Source: Jimgerdemannia flammicorona
Taxonomy: Eukaryota
Assembly: GCA_003990765.1 (NCBI GenBank)
Contig: RBNJ01000189.1
Coordinates: 1 to 37,515, forward strand
Direction: 5' to 3'
Length of the DNA stretch: 37,515 nt
Below are positions 34,714 to 37,515 of this stretch, piece after piece; within the stretch, counting starts at the first letter, position 1; every line of letters begins with the position of its first letter. The notes beneath the pieces were generated by a model. The model was not told where the DNA came from. It made no database searches and saw only the letters and a list, made by a program, of their open reading frames with translations. The translations under genes and the position numbers were made by a program.

Positions 34714-37515
34714 TCATGTTTTGCTTCTCTTGTTAGGTTCATGGTACTTCTTGAGTCTGTTCCTATGTACTGTGGTAGACAGTATGGTCTCTGAGATTTT
34801 TCTAAGCCAGAAGGTAGTTCCCTTGATATCTTGCACATAGAAGAGTCCTTTCCATTTGGGCTTCAGTTTTCGTGACCATGAGGCTTCTACCATATTTCAA
34901 TACAGTAGAATCTTTTCTCCAATTTGAATGGGTTCTAGGGCCTTGTGATTCTTTTCTGCATTCTTCCTTGTCAGTGCTTGTGACTTGGTGATGTAATCTT
35001 CAGCCTTCTTCCTGATTTGGTGTAGTCTCCGGATTTCTGCATCAACCTATCTCCAAGTTAGGTCTAGATTTGTGGCTGAGGTTCCATTAGAATCTTCTTC
35101 TCTGAAGAGCAGCTCTCTTGGGGTAAAATGTGTGCTCTGTGACCATATGTCTTGTAGAATAGAGAGAGCAGTTGGGAGATAGTTATCCCAATTCTCATAT
35201 GTCTCTGAGATCTTTGCTAGGATGTTCTTGAGGTTCTTGTTGGTTCTCTCTGTCTGTCCATTTCCTTGAGAGTGGTATGCAGTGGTCTTGATGTGCTGGA
35301 TCTTGTATTTCTGGTACATTATCTCATGGAATCTATTGACAAATTCTGTGCCACAGTCTGTTGTGATTTGCTTTGATGTCTTGTAGTGGCAGATGATTTC
35401 TTGGTATAGGAAATCGGCTATAGAGAGGGCATTGGCTTCTTGTAATACTTCTGCCTCTATCCATTTGGTGAAGAGGTCTACAATAACTATAATATAGCAG
35501 TTTCCTGATAGTGTTACTGGTAGTGGTCCAATGATATCCATTGCGATGTGGTGGAAGGAGATAGGCTCAATTCTTGATGATCTGGGTACCTGGTCTTGCT
35601 AATCTTGTTTCTGTTTTTGGTACTTGTCACACCCTTTGACAAATTGGCACAGGTCTTCTTCCATCTTGGGCCACCACATAGTTCTTCTTGCCTTGTCATA
35701 TGTGTTGGTTCCTCCTAAGTATCCTTGCTCGTATACCTCCTTCATTACTTGATACTTCTTGTGTTCGGGTATTACTAGCTTTCCTCCTTTTCTGAGTGTA
35801 GTGCTGTCTAATTCAAACTGTTTCCAAGTCTAGTTGATGATGGTGATTGTCCAGGGTTCAAGGTAGTTGGGCATCTTCCACTGCCCAAGATAGCTGATTA
35901 ATCCATAGTATAGCTCCTTATTCATGTTGAATAGTCTTGATGGGGATGTTTCGGGGTGTCCTTGGGAGTACATTGGTATTGGTATTGGTCTTTTCTGAGT
36001 GGTGCTTGACAGTACAGTCATATTCTTGCAGCCTGTAGATCTACCTGACATATATTCCTTTGGGGTTCAGAGTGTGGAATAGCCAGGCAAGAGCGGAATG
36101 GTCTATTTGAATAGTGAAGTGTTTTCCAGCTAGATAGTAGTGGAACTTGTCTACTGCCCAAACTACCACTAAGCATTCAAGCTTGCATGACTCGTAGTTC
36201 TGTTCCGCTCTGCGGGTACCTCAGTTTGCATAGGAGATGACATATTCATGTCCATCTTTCTTCTGAGCTAAGACCGCTCCAAGTTCTATAGCACTTGCAT
36301 CTGTCTACAGGATGAATTCTAGGCTCCAGTCTGGTCTTCTGAGGATGGGTGCTTGGGTCAACCTGGTCTTGAGTTCATTGAAGGTTTCTTAGTACTCCTT
36401 GGTCTATTCGAATTTGGTCTCCTTCTTCAGTAGCTCATAGATAGGTGCTGCAATGTTGGAGTATCCTTTGATGAATCTTCTGTAGTAGCTGGCCAGTCCA
36501 AGGAAGGCATAGACTTCTGTGGTCTTAGGTAGGCTGCAACAGCCTCGATCTTCATGGAGTCTGTGTAGATTCTGGTCTGGTTGATGAGGTGTCCTAGGAG
36601 GTGATTTCTTGAGCTGCAAACTTACATTTCTTGGGCTTGATATAGAGGCCATGCTCCTTGAGCCTCTTGAGGACTAGCTGTATGTAATTGACATGTTCCC
36701 ATGTAGTGTTGCTGAAGATGATCACATTATCAACATAGACAAAGAGCCATTTTCCAATCTCATTGCTGAAGACTCTATTCATCATTTGCTGGAAACTTGC
36801 TGGGGCATTGCACATTCCAAATGGCATTCGCAGATAGATATAGGTGGCATCAGGTATGATGAAGGCTGATTTCTTACTAGCATCTTAAGTGAGACCGATC
36901 TGATGGAAGCCTGAGAACAGATCCAAGGTGGTATAGTATTTGGCTTCACTTCCAAGGGTGGTAAGGATTTCTTGAATATTCGGCAAGAGCTGCCTATCCT
37001 TCTTGGTGATGGCATTGAGTTTCCTGTAGTCAATGCAGAGTCTTGGTGCAAACTCTCCAGGCTTGCTTCCTTTCTTTGGGGCAAGGACAATGGGTGAGGT
37101 CCAGGGGCTGATAGCTTGCTTGATGATTCCAGCTTCCTCCATTTCCTTGAGTTTGGCTCGCAGCCACTCTCTGTAGACAGGTGGTATGGGTCTGGCTTTC
37201 TGGTAGATAGGCTTGGTATCACCAGTGTCAACTTTGTAGTGGTACTTGGGTTCTTGATTGTAGATATCCCTAAAGTCTGTAGCAAGTACTCCTTTGTTCT
37301 GGTACAGGATCTTAAGAAGTTGTTCCTCCAGGAGAAAGTTTTCTCCAATGGTATATGTGTGCTTGTTCTGGTCCTTGTCTTTCTTGTACTCAAGTTCAGT
37401 AATCTTGGTGGTGGCATAGGCTCCTCTTCCAGTAGATCCAAAGCCTTGTTCTCCTCTCTTGGTCTTGATAAGTTCAGTGGCCTCTATGATCTTGGGCTTC
37501 TTGATTTCATGGATC
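34714..37515 (-). pseudogene. pol: Gypsy B pol (dUTPase C-terminus, RT, RNase H, integrase), with stops
   Basis: RGEQGFGSTG (~37428-37467), SPWTSPIVL, RLCIDYRKLN, LDLFSGFHQI, MPFGMCNAPASFQ, YVDN, FLGLASYYRRFI, MDIIGPLP, TDCGTEF, NGQTERTN, VHRNRLKKY. Stop at 34714-34716. Confidence 0.95.

Larger units (their letters stand above)
25859..37515 (-). mobile_element. Gypsy family B element, 3' part (continues beyond the window)
   Basis: 3' LTR 25859-34365 (split by LINE-b) flanked by ATAT at 25855-25858. Minus-strand PPT AGGAGGAAGA abuts the LTR. pol on the minus strand. Confidence 0.93.

Overview
This is eukaryotic DNA, most likely fungal (the taxon is an inference). A CpG-rich single-copy stretch (1-~2340) holds a frameshifted FAD-dependent monooxygenase. 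The remaining ~35 kb is a deeply nested transposon cluster. An old, heavily C>T/G>A-mutated Gypsy element (family A, 2713-25703, ATAT TSD, dUTPase between protease and RT) hosts four insertions: an intron-containing hAT transposon; a solo LTR of a second Gypsy family (B) containing a retroposed U3 snoRNA; a full-length L1/Tx1-like LINE containing a hAT MITE; and a non-autonomous hAT containing another family-B solo LTR. Next comes the 3' part of a younger minus-strand family-B Gypsy, also with dUTPase. Its LTR is interrupted by a second full-length LINE, which is itself interrupted by an unidentified 1.2-kb poly(A) retroposon. The most novel signals are: a ~275-codon ORF in the U3 region of the 1.55-kb family-B LTR, frame-conserved in all three copies; a LINE-made U3 snoRNA retrocopy; ATAT at every LTR junction; a CTC/A nick preference for retroposed inserts; and a shared AATAAA..GAGTCCA-poly(A) 3' end on both LINEs and the unknown retroposon. 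All coordinates and alignments were read by eye.
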